Assembly: GCF_009914755.1 (NCBI RefSeq)
Contig: NC_060932.1
Strand: one strand, 5' to 3'
DNA: 64,000 bases
From: the human T2T-CHM13v2.0 reference genome, Homo sapiens
The notes under the pieces are model-generated. The model did no database searches and was not told where the DNA came from. It worked only from the letters and a program-made list of their open reading frames with translations. Positions 13,150 through 27,139 of the stretch are shown one piece after another. Numbering within the stretch: position 1 is the first letter of the stretch; every line of letters starts with the position of its first letter. The translations under genes and the position numbers were made by a program.

Positions 13150-14230
13150 TTCATACATTTATTCAGTCAGCACACAATTATTAAGCTTTATTATGTGATA
13201 AGCACTATAGTATGTTCTAGGAAAACTAACATGATGTTTCCTCTTACCCAAAGCCTGCTAGCTGTCTGACCTTGGAACTATTGATCAATCTCTATAAAAC
13301 TCAATTTTCTCAGCTGTAAAATGGAGATAGTAGTACTCCTCCTCAAAGAATTATAATGTTAGCTTATGTAATGTGCTAACAGTGTCTGGCAAATAATAAA
13401 CATACTCAGTGGTATTTTATTTTTTCTTCAATTGCTCACAATCCCTGAGACAGAATATAGTGTGAAAATTGCTATAATATTAGTTTGTTATAAAAGCATA
13501 GCAGTGGGAAGGACTAGCACCACCTGGAAGGGTTGCTGAAGTCTTCACAAAGAAGGTGAATTTTTTAACTTACCCTTTTTAGAGTGCCTACTGTGTTTGT
13601 TCAATATGTTAATTAATTTTATGCTGCAGCAACCCTATGAGTTAGGTATTAATGTCCCAATGTGAGGACACAGACGGAAGAGATAGGATTCTTTGAAGTA
13701 TGATCAGCCCACAAGGTAGAGTATGCAGATCAGGAAAGACAGTATGAATGACTATGTCTGGGGAAGACCTTAAGGAGTACAGTATTGAGAATTCTCCATT
13801 TACATTTCTTTATATCGTAACAATCATGTAACTCTAGTCTGCTGGGCAATTTTTTCATTTAATGTTGTATCAAAGATAAACATATCAAACATTCGTGGAT
13901 TCTCTTCAGTGTGCTAGGCACTGCCCTGCTCTTCAGTGATATATAGAAGCAGAATTGTATACTCCATTCCCTCTAACAGTTCTTCACCTGGTAAAAGAGA
14001 CAAACACATAACAGCTGCCCATTGTTGGATATTTACTGTAAGGCAGGCACTGTGCTCTTCATTCAGTCATTGCAGTAACTCTCTGAAGTAGGAGTTATTA
14101 TCCTCATTTTACAAATGATATTATATAGCCTTAGATTTGTAATTTGTTCAGAGTCATACAATTAGAGAGTGTTGGACTTGATCCCACATCTGTGTGACTA
14201 CAAAGCCTATATGTTGTCTTAACACTGTCT
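13150..14230. mobile_element. Cluster of MIR and L2 fragments
   Basis: MIR cores (ctcaattttctcagctgtaaaatggagatagtagtac; attatcctcattttacaaatga) and L2-like stretches. Confidence 0.6.
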
Positions 14231-14722
14231 GATACTGTCACCACAAAACATTTTAGTAAAATATATCATATAATAGAAGTATAAGTGAACTACTAAGATC
14301 ACCAAGAAGGAAAAGAGTGAGAGAACAGTTCTTGGACAAATGTCACTTATCTTGATGGATAACTAAATGTTCATCGGCTACAGCAAGCTCAGAGGGGCAC
14401 TCCAAGAAAGGAAAGAGCACAGTATAGACTGCATAGTTTGAAAGAATATGGTGTCTTCAAAGGACAGAAACAAGTCCTTTTTGTTTCAAATAGCTAATGC
14501 TGGATTTCTCTAACAATGTGACTTTCTCAACAACTATAAAAACCAATTAACAAGAAATATTCTTAAAAGAATTTTAATGAGGATTACCTCACTTTCTTGA
14601 CTTATTTATTCTTACATAAGTTGTTATATATATATAAGTTATTGCATATATATATATTATTATATATAAAAATATGTTTTTTTTTACCAATCAAATTAAG
14701 GAGTTTTTAAAATAATAAGCAG

Positions 14723-15001
14723 CTTTGGGAGGCTGAGGCAGGAGGATTGCTTGAGGCCAGGAGTTTGAGACCAGGTTGGGCTACACTATGAGACCTCATT
14801 TCTACAAAAAATGTAAAAATAAGCTAGCCATGGTGGTGCATGCCTGTAATCCTAGCTCCTCCGAAGGCTGAAATGGGAGGCTTCCTTGAGCCACCACTGA
14901 GGGGTTGTAGGCTGCAGTGAGCTATGATCACACCACTGCACTCCAACCTGGGCAACAGAACAAGACTCTCTCTTTAAAAATAGTAATAATAATAATAATA
15001 A

Positions 15002-15032
<31 letters not shown>

Positions 15033-15083
15033 AGAAAAGAAAAGAAAAGAAAAGAAAAGAAAAGAAAAGAAAAGAAGAAGAAG
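14723..15083 (+). mobile_element. AluJ with compound tail (AAT)6(AAG)10AG(AAAAG)8(AAG)3
   Basis: Alu body 14723-14972; tail units counted from the sequence. Confidence 0.9.
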
Positions 15084-15234
15084 CAATACCCAGTTACCCA
15101 GTACTTTGGGAGACATTTTTTATCGCTGATAGTAATGTAACTTAGTGCAGCCTTTTTGGATAGATGTTTGACAATATTCAGTAACTTTAAACTTTTTCGT
15201 ACCATTTGCCTAATAATTCCACTTTTTAAAAATA

Positions 15235-15530
15235 TTTTTGTTTTTGTTTTTGTTTTTGAGATAGGGTCTCACTCTGTCACCCAGGCTGGAGTGTGGTGGC
15301 ATGATCTCGGTTCGCTGCAAACACCACCTCCCAGGCTCAAGCCATCAGCTTCCTAAGTAGCTGGGACCACAGGGGCACACCACCAGGCCTGGCTAATTCT
15401 TCATATTTTTTGTAGAGATAAGGTTTTGTCATGTTGCCCAGCCTGGTCTCGAACCCCTGGTCTCAAGCAGTCTTCCCACCTCAGCCTCCCAAAGTGCTGG
15501 GATTACCAGTGTGAATCACTGCACCTGGCC
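15235..15530 (-). mobile_element. AluJ inserted in an L1ME-like 3' fragment (~15085-15930)
   Basis: TSD taataatt(c/t)cactt at 15211 and 15531. Confidence 0.88.
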
Positions 15531-16773
15531 TAATAATTTCACTTCTAGGAGCCTGTCTGTCCTGAGAAAATATTACTAGGTGTTTGTCAGCACTAATTGA
15601 AAACTTGAATATCCAGTTATATGGGAATGGTAGAACAAATTGTTTCTAACACTAAATGAAATGTTATGCAGCTTTAAAAATTATATTTATGAAGAGTACA
15701 TTAGCATGTCAACATTTGAGTTATCAATTTGTCCCTATGGTATCATTACAACCATAAAGGGATACAAGTGAAGCAAACCTGTGCATAGGTAGGAAACAAA
15801 GACTGAAAGGAAGAGCCATGAAATATTACTATTGGTTATGTTTGGTGATAAGATGGGGTGGGGTAGTTTTTTTTACTCTTATGGATTTTTTATGGTTACC
15901 TTAATAATTCTGTTGAAAAAGCAAGTAAAATATCTAGGTGCAGAATAGCAAGTTGCAGACTGATGGTTAGGCAGTCTAAGAAAGAGGAACTGATGTTCTT
16001 GGAGCCAAATGATTATAACTCTTGCTGCCACCAAGTTGCTCTTTGTTCTATACATGGGGAGTCATTGGTGGAAAATTTTGAGAACTAGTAGCCTTTATTG
16101 CACAAAGGAATAATCTACCCTCAAGGGTTTAAATTACTTAATAACTGACTTGATTTTACTTTATCACTTATATTTGTCCTTGTTTTAAGTCCTATTGTAG
16201 TAGGAGAAAATAAATATCTTTTGAAATGGCATGCATTTATTTTAGTGTACTTTTCTTTGTCCTTCATAATTTAGGACTACTGATTTTTCCCTTTCTTACT
16301 GTCCAAAAACCTATAAATCAGTTTTATAAGAAAGGTAAGGAGTATAGCATAAACTACTTCTACGTAAAATGTAATTTCAACCACCAGTAATCATGATTTT
16401 GCAGACAGTTTATTATATTGCTTGAGAAATCACTATAAAAGTATGTATTAAAATAATTCTTTAAAGAGACATTTTAAAAGATATATGCTATTCTGTATTA
16501 ATGCAAAGAAAGAAGATCTGACATTCAAAAATATATTTTAATGATGGAAATGAACATTAGATGCTTTTTCTCAAGTATTTCCTTGGCATTTTTAGGTGAT
16601 TTTAGGGGTCTGGTGTAGAAAATGGGCACCTATTCTATTTTTCTGATTACTGTTTTAAGTTATACTAGACTCATTTTTAAAATTTTCTCTTTGACAACAT
16701 GTTTATATAACATTGTTTATATGACACTTGGCATGTAACTAGTTTGAAATATTTTATTACTTTTTTCTTACAG

Positions 16774-17461
16774 ATCTCTAAACAAGAACAGAAAAAAGTG
16801 GATATATTTGATGGAGGCATGGCTGAAACCTCATCTCGCTACAGTGGTGCTCAGGATAGTGGAATTGGCAGTGACAGTGTTAAAATCAGAATAGTGCAAA
16901 TAGAGCAGCACAGTGGTGCCAGTCAGCATCGCATTGCCCGTCCCTCACGCCAGTCATCAATTGTAAAAAATCTAAATTTTATTCCCTTTGACATATTTAT
17001 TACTGCAAGTAGAATCTCACTAATGACCTATTCCTGTATGGCCTTATCCAAATCGAAATCACAAGAACAGAAGAATAATGAAAAAACAGACAAGAGTTCA
17101 TTAAATCTCCCAGAAGTTGATTCAGATGTTGCTAAGCCCAACCAGGCATGTATTTCCACGGTGACAGCAGAAGATCTCTTAAGGAGCAGCATTTCTTTTC
17201 CTTCAGGGAAAAAAATAGGGGTCCTCTCTCTTGAAAGTCTTCATGCATCCACAAGGTCATCTGCTAGACAAGCACTTGGTATAACTATTGTTCGGCAGCC
17301 TGGTCGAAGAGGAACTGGTGACTTACAGCTAGAGCCTTTTCTGTACTTTATTGTGTCCCAGCCTTCCTTGCTTCTGAGTTGTCACCACAGAAAGCAGCGA
17401 GTGGAAGTATCCATTTTTGATGCTGTGCTTAAAGGGGTGGCCTCTGATTACAAATGTATAG
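16774..17461 (+). CDS. VPS13B: VPS13B (COH1) large internal coding exon, 688 nt (ISKQEQKKVDIF...VASDYKCI)
   Basis: Acceptor tttttcttacag|ATC at 16773/16774 and donor ATAG|gtaaga at 17461/17462; open frame across the whole exon within ORF 16744..17607; peptide recognised as VPS13B. Confidence 0.95.
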
Positions 17462-18579
17462 GTAAGAACCTTCAAACTTACTGGAGTGCTAATAATTACT
17501 ATCTAATAAGTTGTATTCCCATAGTTTCCAGATTGATTAAACAGAAACAGCTGGCAGACAAAAGTCTTTTCTCTACAGAATATGGAAAGTTCATGTTCCA
17601 CAGCTGAATCCTGTTTAAGTAAATGTTTGAAATGTATTGAGGTTTAGCTTAGTATTCTTACTATGCCTCTGAATATTCATTCTTTTTCCAGGAACTGAAT
17701 GAATCAGGAACTCTTTCTTGACTATAGAGATGCTTAACAATTTCCAGTGTTTGGAAAGCATAGCTCGTTTTCATATTAATGGCCCATAGGTATGCTTTCC
17801 ATGTTAATGCTTCTATTCAGATTAAAAAAGAAAAGCCTTAGAAGATGAAGTTTGTTTTTGGTATTCTTTTGATGTAATCATCTTCATGCAATAGCATCGT
17901 ATTAAATGTAATTGAGAAGGTTTATTAATAAAGATTATTTAAAGATTTTTGTACATCTACAGAAAATATATTGATGTTGGCTAATTTGCTCTTGCTGCCC
18001 AACCCATCCCTTCCTTATTCTAATTATAATAATTATATGAAACTTCCGAAGCTTTTTGCCTGTTGAGACTAGGAAAGTGAGCAGGGTTCAGATTTAAGAC
18101 ATACAAGTTATTAAGTAACAAGGGCCAGTGGAGTCAAGCAAGGTGACAGTATACCCTTTCCCTGAGTTAATGTAGATTTGGAGATTTGGCCAAAAAAAAC
18201 TGGAGAGGGTAGCTGGGTCACCTAAGATTCAGTATTCAAAGAGGGCTCTAGCAAGCTCAGGAATAGTTCAGGCATTTTATTGCTTTCAGCTGGTCCCATC
18301 CAGTAGGTGGAAGCCAGCAGTGAGGCATTCAGACAATGTATCTAATCTGGAATTCAGGTTTGTTCATTCTTGCCATTAAGAAGGACCATTTTGCACAGCA
18401 GGATCCTGAAAGGTAGATGGCAGGTGTGGGAATCAGGATTCAGCCTGAGGAAATAGGATCAAAGGAGCTCTAGGCCAGGGTTTAGTGCAAGTCCCCTGCT
18501 TTAAGAAAGGGGTAACTAGCCAGTTGCTGAGGAGTAACCTAGGGTTACCCCCAGGCTGCTTGCTGGCCCTCTCTCCTGT

Positions 18580-18763
18580 GCAGCTCATAATGGGTCAAAA
18601 GAGCTGATTGTTAGACTCAGGAACTTTGCAAGACAGTTGTTAAACTACTAGTAGCTTAAATTGGCCATGGTGAAAGTATTTATGCCGCAGATGCTTGCAA
18701 ACTCAATCATATCAGCTCTCCTACACCAAGAGCCATTTGTTAAACCCTTACCAGCAACAACTG
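18580..18763. mobile_element. hAT-type DNA transposon fragment (MER63-like, family uncertain)
   Basis: gagctgattgtta...caggaactttgcaagacagttgttaaac and terminal ttaccagcaacaactg. Confidence 0.4.
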
Positions 18764-19807
18764 CCTCTCTTTCTCAAATATATTCTCATTTACTGGGTGC
18801 CTGTGATATAACAGGTACTTCAGGGGCAATGAAAATGTGGGAGATGCTGGTATAGTGGAACATGTTATGTGATTCAAGAACTCATGCCTATATACCTGAT
18901 ACCTGCTTGCAAGTCTGCTTGGCGTTAGCCAAAACTTAAGTGCAGGATTAGGAGATGAATTCTTAATTCTCAGCCCTTCATTAAGTTCACTCAGCTACAG
19001 TCGCTCTATAGGTGGGTGGCCCGTACTAAAAATCATCAGGAGAGGCAGAGGAAAGTAGGAGGGGGAAAGGGGCCGAGAGGAACAGCTATGACCTCTTCCT
19101 AAATTTGTAGATATGCAGAGATCACAGAAGCCTCATTTTGCTTACTTCAAGCCCAACCTAAGGATACTCTGTATATAACCTCAACCTTTGAAATTGTTAA
19201 ACTGAGGCAAGCCAGGGTCCACAGTAATAGAAAAGAACTGCCAATGATGGACTTGTTTCCACTTTCTGAAATTGTAAGAGAAGATTGGCTTCAGTCTGTT
19301 TTATTGATATACTCCCAAATCATGTGTTTATACATTTTCATCTAAGTCTGTATTCAGCAAAGTTATAAGAGCTCATACCAAAGATAGGCATTTGAATTAT
19401 AATCAATTCCTAGGTTAAAATAATAGAACACTTGTTTAAAGCGGGGAAAAAACCTTGTATGTAAACTGACGTGGAACCCAATTTTGGTACATGAAGCTAG
19501 AGTGGTGGTCATGGGCTAGATTTAATATAGGGGTGGGGGGTAAATGTAGGAGGAAAAAGGCTCACATACTTTCTAAGGAGCATTTTCTGCATAATATTCT
19601 CATGGATGCCTTTCCCTACACAGAATGCATCTACTTGAACATTTATATTATCTCAGTAGTATGACTCCTGGTTAGTAATAAGCAAAAGTTATCAATATGC
19701 ATGATAATATTTCTTAAAAATGAACTTAGTGATCTAGGGAAATTTTTTTCAGAAGACCCAAAAGGAGGCAAGTAATTAAAATACAATGGCTAAAAATAAA
19801 ATTCAAC

Positions 19808-20545
19808 TAGCATTTATTGAGTGATCACCCTGTGCCAGGCATTGTCCTAACTGCTTTAACGCATTATCTCATTTCATGCTAATGACAACTCTATGGGAAA
19901 TGTTCTATCTTAGAGATTAGGAAACTAAGGTTTAGAGAAGTTAAGTAACTTCCCCAAGGTCACAGACCTAGCAATAAACAGAGCTACAATTCAAAGCTAA
20001 GAAGTGTTGGACTCCTGAGTCTAGACTCTCAACCTCTATGGGTCCCCTGAAAAGAAGGATCTGAATTGGAGGTTCTCTCAGTCAGCCTCTATTGTCCCAC
20101 TTCAGACCATGCAAAAGATTCCTGTCTAAGTTTTAACTGATGAATTTTTATGTTAACTGTGTCTGTGATGTGATTACACAGTACTCAGGTATGGAAAACC
20201 TGGGTTCAAATTCTGTCACTTATATGTATACCTATATCATTATGCACTTATGGAAATGAAAAGAGATAATTCATGAATAATTCTAAAGTACTTAGCATTG
20301 AGCCAGCAGGCCTAGGCCCTCAAAAATGTGTGCTGGTACTATTTTAGCTGTCAATATCATATAGTGAAAAGAATACTTAACTAGGAGGCAGAAAACCTGG
20401 GATTTTTATTCATGGCCCTGCCATCAATTAGTAAAGTGATCTTAGGCAGTTTACTCTTTGACTTTCTGTTTTCTTATCTGTAAAATGTGATGATTATAAT
20501 AGATATCAACAAAGTCCATTCCAGTTCTGAAGTTTCATCATTCTG
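19808..20545. mobile_element. MIR copies (~19808-20040, ~20185-20330, ~20360-20545)
   Basis: gaaactaaggtttagagaagttaagtaacttccccaaggtcaca; ctgttttcttatctgtaaaatg. Confidence 0.75.
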
Positions 20546-21196
20546 TAATTTGGAATTCTGTAATTTGGCTTTGGCTTCATGGAGTTGACATCTGTAAGGC
20601 TCTGCAGTATCAGGTAGAAATTTATTTTGATTTGTTTTGAAGATGCAGATTTCCTTTGATATTCTAGTGGAGCTCTAATTAGTTTATTCAGAGTTTTAAA
20701 TATATAAGTTTTGTTAAATGTTAATGAAATTATTTTTCAAAAACTGATCTGGAAATGTGTTTTATATTTGTCCACTTGAATGAATTGTCTAAGTCCCATT
20801 ACCAATTTGGCTATCCAGAAACACTTTATGTAGTACTTTCTTTCCTGAAAAAAGCACTGTTCCATAACTGGTGTTTTCTGGAAGCCCCAAGATAGTAACC
20901 TTAAGGATAAGAAAAAAGAGAAAAATATAAATGGCTATAATGCTAACTTTCATGGGGAGGGAAGCAGAGAGAGCAGTAAGTTGGGGGTGGCTAGCTCCAT
21001 TTCTGCATTCTAAAGTGAAGGAGTCATTGCAGTGTCTTTAAATTGGAGGGACTGAAAGAGATATTACCATGAAGCTAATGTTCTAAGAAAGGTCCAGGAA
21101 AAGTTAAAGGCATCATAAGTTAAAAGTGAAAGAAGTAACATGTCATGTGTTTCCACAGTGTTCATATGTTTTCTCTGGATATTAAAATTCTTTTTG

Positions 21197-21497
21197 GGTG
21201 GGCACAGTGTCTCACATTTGTAATCTCAGCACTTTGGGAGGCCAAAGTGGGTGGATCACTTGAGCTAAGGAGTCCAAGACTAGCCTAGACAACATAGTGA
21301 GACCCCATCTCTACAAAAAATTACAAAAAATTGTAATTGCCACCAGTTGCAGTGGCATGCACCTGTAGTCTGAGCTATTGAGAAGGCTGAGGTGGGAGGA
21401 TCACCTGAGCCTGGGAAGTCAAGGCTGCAGTAAACTGAGATTGCATCACTGTACTGCAGCCTGGATGACAGATTGAGACCCTGTCTCAAACACAAAA
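21197..21497 (+). mobile_element. AluJ
   Basis: Dimeric Alu with J-type features. Confidence 0.9.
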
Positions 21498-21572
21498 TAA
21501 TTTATTCTTTTCTATAAGGTAACTCCAGTGGCAACTGGCCAATAGCAATTTTTGCACATATGTATGATTGTA

Positions 21573-21981
21573 TGATTTGGTTTGGATGTTTATCCCCTCC
21601 AAATCTCATCTTGAAATGTGACTCTCAGTGTTGAAGGTAAGGCCTAGTGGGAAGTGTTTAGATTATAGGGGCAGATTCCTCATGAATGGTTTAGTACCAT
21701 CCTTTTAGTGATAAGTAAGTTCTTGCTCTGGGTTCATGAAAGTTGTGGTTGTTTAAAGAATGTGGCGCCTCCCCACTACCTTGCTCCCTCTCTCCCCATG
21801 TGATGCGCTGGCTTTCCCCTTTGCTTTCTGCCGTGATCATAGCTTCCTGAGACCTCACTAGAAGCCAAGCAGATGTTAGTGCAGTGTACCGCCTGCAGAG
21901 CCATAATCCAAATATATCTTTTTTCTTTGTAAATTACTGTCTCAGGTATTCCTTTATATAATGCAAAAATAGCCTAACATA
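21573..21981 (+). mobile_element. MST-family (MSTB-like) MaLR solo LTR
   Basis: Starts tgatttggtttggatgtttatcccctccaaatctcat; ends gtctcaggtattcctttatataatgcaaaaatagcctaacata. Confidence 0.8.
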
Positions 21982-22241
21982 ACACGCATCTCAATAATTG
22001 CCCCATTGTCACATTTCAAAAATACCTGTGAGGTTGTTATAGAGATATTGGCTTTCTGGGTTGTTTTGTTTTGAGAGGACAATAACATTTGATTATTAAA
22101 AAAAAATCCTAGCACAATGTGGCTTGTCATTGTTTATTGTTTTCTATACAAGTCATAAACCATTATTATATGTGCTCATGTTCCTTTATATAGAAATCAT
22201 ATAAAAAAAGGATTTTGTTTTACTCTTTAAAAAGTTTTCAT

Positions 22242-22555
<314 letters not shown>

Positions 22556-23464
22556 TTAATAATTTTCAGAAAAGGTAAAATCATAGTTCTTATGTAACTA
22601 TAAAAAGAATATATGTCAAAGGTTTTATTTAACTAATAATTTATTTATCTCATTAATTTGTAAGAATATCACAAAAAAATTCAGGCACAGGGGACCTACA
22701 CAGATAACGCTGGTTATCTCAAGAGATTTTTATTCTATAATTCATAAGGGTCTTAAAAATTGTCACTCGATCATGGGCATTATTCATTATTAAAGTATGG
22801 CTCTGGGTGATGCTTCTAGAAAGATGGAAATACTTTTGACATTAAATTATGAAGATTTGGTTTAATTTGACATATTCAGGCAACTATAATGAAGAGCCCA
22901 AAAGTGAATATTGAAAATCCTTTGAGTGTTGTAGGAATACAGTGTAATATACCAAGGTGACTACTTTAATCAGTCTGGCTTTTACAATTACATCTTCCCT
23001 CCTGTCTTATACAATCAGCTTGACTTATTACTTCAGAAGAACATCTTATTCCTATTGTGCTTTCATTTATACAGCAGACATATTTTGGGAATATTCATTC
23101 ATTCGCTGAATGTGAGCACTTGCTGTTTATCAGACATGGGCAAGACTCTGAGAAACCAGTAATAAGACTCAGTTTCTGCCTTCAGGCACCTTGCTTCATG
23201 TGATAACCATACTTATTATGATTAATTTTGAAGGTTTAGCAGAATAAAGATCTTCATGCCATGGAGGGTTGTGAAACACTTACATTAATTAAATAAAGCC
23301 TATGACCTTTATTTAAGTTCCAGAGAAGCAATTTAGAAAAGCTAGTATCAGTTGTATGTGATGGCTTAAGAAAAACTGTTTAGATACATCTTTAAAGTTA
23401 TTGATTTTTTATTAGTTGTATATTCAGCTTTAGCTGTGATTCAGAATATTTTTAAATATTTTAC

Positions 23465-25035
23465 TTTATGAATTTGCCTTTTGGCTATATTTCTTTGTAA
23501 TATATTTTAGTGGTTGCTCTGGGGTTTCCAGTATGCATGTCTAATCATTCACACTCTATTTAGAGGTAATATTTCATCACTTAAAGGAAGATGGGAGAGC
23601 TTTACAACTACATAGGTTCCTTTACTGTCTTCCATTTATAATTGTCATAAATATTACATCTATATATTCAAAACCCTACCAGATAAGATTTTAATCTTTG
23701 TTTCAGTAATCTTACATATTTTAAAGAACTGAAGAGGGGGAAAGTGGTCTTTTGTATTCCCAGCCATTTACCATGTTCAGTGCTCCTTTATCCCCAGAGC
23801 TCCAGGTTTCCCTCTGGTAGATTTTTCTTCAGCATTAGGAACCTCCTTTTGCATTTCTTTTAGAGCAGAGCTGCTAGCAATAAATACTGTTTTCCTTCAT
23901 CTGCGAGTACCTTTTTTTTTTCTCTCATTCCTGAAGGATATTTTTGCTGGATGTAAAATTCTGGGTTGACATGTCTTCTAGCACTTTAGAGATAGTATTT
24001 CATGTTCTTCTGTCCCCTGTGGTTTCTGATGAGGAATCCATGTTCATTCCAATTACTGTTTCCATATTTGTAATGTGTTGTTTTTCTCTAGCTGTTTTCA
24101 AGACACCTGCTTATCTTTAGTTTTCTGTAGGTTGATTATTGTGTGTCTGGACTTGGTTTCTTTGATTCTATCCTGTGTGGGGTTCTCTGATCTTCTTGAC
24201 TGTAAATTTATGGGTATATTGTTTTGGTTTTGTTTATCAAATTTGAGAACTTTTGGCCCTTTTTTCTTCAAATAGTCTTTCTGCACCAATCTCTTTCTCT
24301 TCTCCTTTTGGAATTCAAGTGTTAAGCTTTTTAATATTGTCCTACAAATCTCTAAGACTCTCATTTTTTTTTCCCCACTCTTCAGATTGGATAATTTCTA
24401 TTAAATTTTTCACTTCTAAAATTTCCATTTGGTTCTTTTTTGTAGTTCTTATTTATCTGTTAAGAACTTATATTTCAATTCATTTCAGGTGTGTTTACCT
24501 TTACCTCATGAAATACAGTTGTAACAGCTGCTTAAAGTCTTAAATGCCTGTGTCACTGCCACCACTGTAACAGTCCCCTCTACATACACACACACACACA
24601 CACAGACACACACACACATTGGATATTGGGTCCACCCTCAGGGCAAAGCCAGGAGAGAGAGAAAAAAAAAGAAAAGAAAAAGCAACAAGATTTCCCCTAC
24701 ACTCTTAAAACCACAGGGGACTTAATTTCCAGACAATATTCCTGTTGGAGCTTTGGATGTGTCCTTACCTTCACTGTGCACCACAATATAGGGCTCACTC
24801 TCGAGTTAAACTTATAAAAGAAGACACAAAACAACATGAACTGGGAAATTCATCACAACGTCGGTTATAGCCACAAATTGGACTTTCCTCTCCAATCTGC
24901 ATTGGTCTGATTTACTTTTCAGAATTCTCAGGTATTTATTTGCTTTTTGTGTCTTTTACAAGGTTTTTAATTGTAAGCAGCATGAGAGTTAGGCTGCAGT
25001 GAGGTTATTCCAGTCTGGGCTGGCACCAGAAATCC
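23465..25035 (-). mobile_element. Old L1M (MC/MD-like) 5'/ORF1-region fragment containing a (CA)n at 24585-24618
   Basis: Minus-strand ORF 24098..24364 resembles degenerate L1 ORF1p; attcctgaaggatatttttgctggatgtaaaattctgggttgaca motif. Confidence 0.7.
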
Positions 25036-25439
25036 TGCCATTTAAAAATAATAATAATGTTTTCTAGTCCATTAGCCAGGACTTGGTTTTCTGGGAAACT
25101 TAATAGGGGATTTCCTCTAAAAGTGATACTTTTATATCTTTACATCTTGAGCACAGATCAGCTACATATAGCCTAATCAGTAATTACTGCTCCCAAGGAG
25201 TTGTCAGCATTAACTTGATTCTTCCCGTGTCACCAATAAGCACACACTCAGAGGGCAGCAATGGTGTTCTCTCTCTGCATTCCTCAGGGCTTTCCTTTCA
25301 TATACTATCAAATCAAGTTAGCAGGGGAAAATGCTGTGAGATTCATTGCCCTTCTTGTCAACCTGCCTTCCCCAGCACATGTGACTGATATATACAATTT
25401 TAAAATATATATGTATAGTTAAATATATGTGTATACTCT

Positions 25440-26084
25440 GTAGTGATGTCCCTTATCCATAGGGAACATGTTTCAAGATCCCCAGTGGGGCCTCAAATTG
25501 TGGATAGTACTGACCCTTATATGTACTGTTTTTTCCTACACATACATACCTATGATAAAGTTTGATTTATACATTTGGCACAATGAGAGATTGACAACAA
25601 TAATAAATAACAAAATAATACAATTACAACAATATACTGTAATAAAAGTTATGTGAATGTGGTCTCTCTTTCTCTCTCAAAATATATTTTCAGACCACAG
25701 GTAATTGCAGGTAACTGAAACCACAGATAAGGGCAGGGGATTACTGTATAAAATTGGCCCTCAGTATTCATGGGTTCCACATCTGTGGATTCAACCAACC
25801 ATAGATCAAAAGTATTCCAAACAAAATTGCATCTTTACAGGACATGTACAGACTTTTTTTCTTATTATCCTCTAAACAATACAGCATAACAACTATTTAC
25901 ATAGCACTTATATTGTATTAGGTATTATAAGTATTCTCGAGATGATTTAAAGTATACAGTAGGATATAAATAGGCTATAATGCAAATACCAGGTCATTTT
26001 ATATCAGGGACTGGGATATCTGTGGAATATGGTATCCACAGGAGGTCTTGGAACCAGTCCCCTGTGAACAACAAGGGATGACTT
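25440..26084. mobile_element. Adjacent Tigger-derived MITEs: MER44-like (25440-25748) and MER2 (25752-26084)
   Basis: Termini cccttatcc.../...gataagggcaggggattactgta; MER2 motifs gggttccacatctgtggattcaaccaacc and ggaaccagtcccc...agggatgact. Confidence 0.7.
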
Positions 26085-27139
26085 TAAACATATACATTTA
26101 AAAACGTATTTGAGATACTTCCCAGGATAAATAAGTGGAATCTATACCTACATCTAAATCTGTTTTACAAAGCTAAAGCAAAATTAAAAGTATGATAATT
26201 ATAATTTTGAAAGTCCTATTAATAGAGTATAATTCATATTCTGCATAATTTACTGGTCCTAAATTATGCTGACTGTATCTTTAAGCTATACATAGCAATA
26301 TGCTTTTCATCCTTAATTTAAAAACATTGTTTAAAAACTAAATTATCAACTTGAATTTTTAATGAATATTAATATTAATAATCTACTTCAAATGATTTTC
26401 CAAGTAGATAGTAAGTCTTTGAGTTAACTTCTTTTTAGAAATATTAGACTAATGTGGCAATAGGCTTTTTCATGCCCTTCCCACCTGGAGCAACCTCTAA
26501 CAGAAATGAGATCTTCTGCCAGCACCTTTATACATAGCAGCTGTATTATTGGCAGTTCTCATTTAAATAAAGATGTATGTAGTTGTTTTTAGCATAATCG
26601 TATTAGTTGTGTTTATAAATATTTAAAAATTGGTATTTGTTTTGTTTAAGGTAATGGAGTCCAGATTTGAAATTGCCTCATGTCTTGACTATGCAGCCCA
26701 AGGCAGCCTCAAAAAGTTATTTTTCTTCTTGTTTGTTTGGGGCTTTTTTGTTTGTTTTTGAAGAAATGGCTGTGCCATCTGGTCAAATGTGAAGGGATTG
26801 AACAGTTCTGAGGGAATTTAACTAACTCCTTAGTGCAATATCTTGTTACCCATTAATGTGTGCTAGGACCTAACAAAGAAACCAACTGAAAACATTTACT
26901 TCTGCCATCTTGCAACTTATTTACCTGATTGTATCTTTTCAAACATCAACTAGACTAAAATACAGAAGTTAAAGTTTATTTGAATGTATCATACTGAAAA
27001 AGTAGGTCATAGCACACTTCTGTGTAGGATACTGTAATGTTTAAGATAGGTTATCTAATATGGGACAATTTCTGCATTTTGAAGTTTTATAAATGCCAAA
27101 GGTCTGATGAAGGGTCAAACTTGAAATATGGAGTCCTAT

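Noticed and set aside
14852-15205. Poly-R/K and poly-F/L ORFs on both strands
   Set aside because: Translations of the Alu-tail microsatellite.
16744-17607. 287-aa ORF as a standalone gene
   Set aside because: It is the VPS13B exon plus intronic flanks, bounded by canonical splice sites; the start is a TTG within the acceptor region.
18100-18575. Possible ancient LTR (Gypsy/ERVL-like)
   Set aside because: Composition is suggestive, but I could not match it to a specific consensus.
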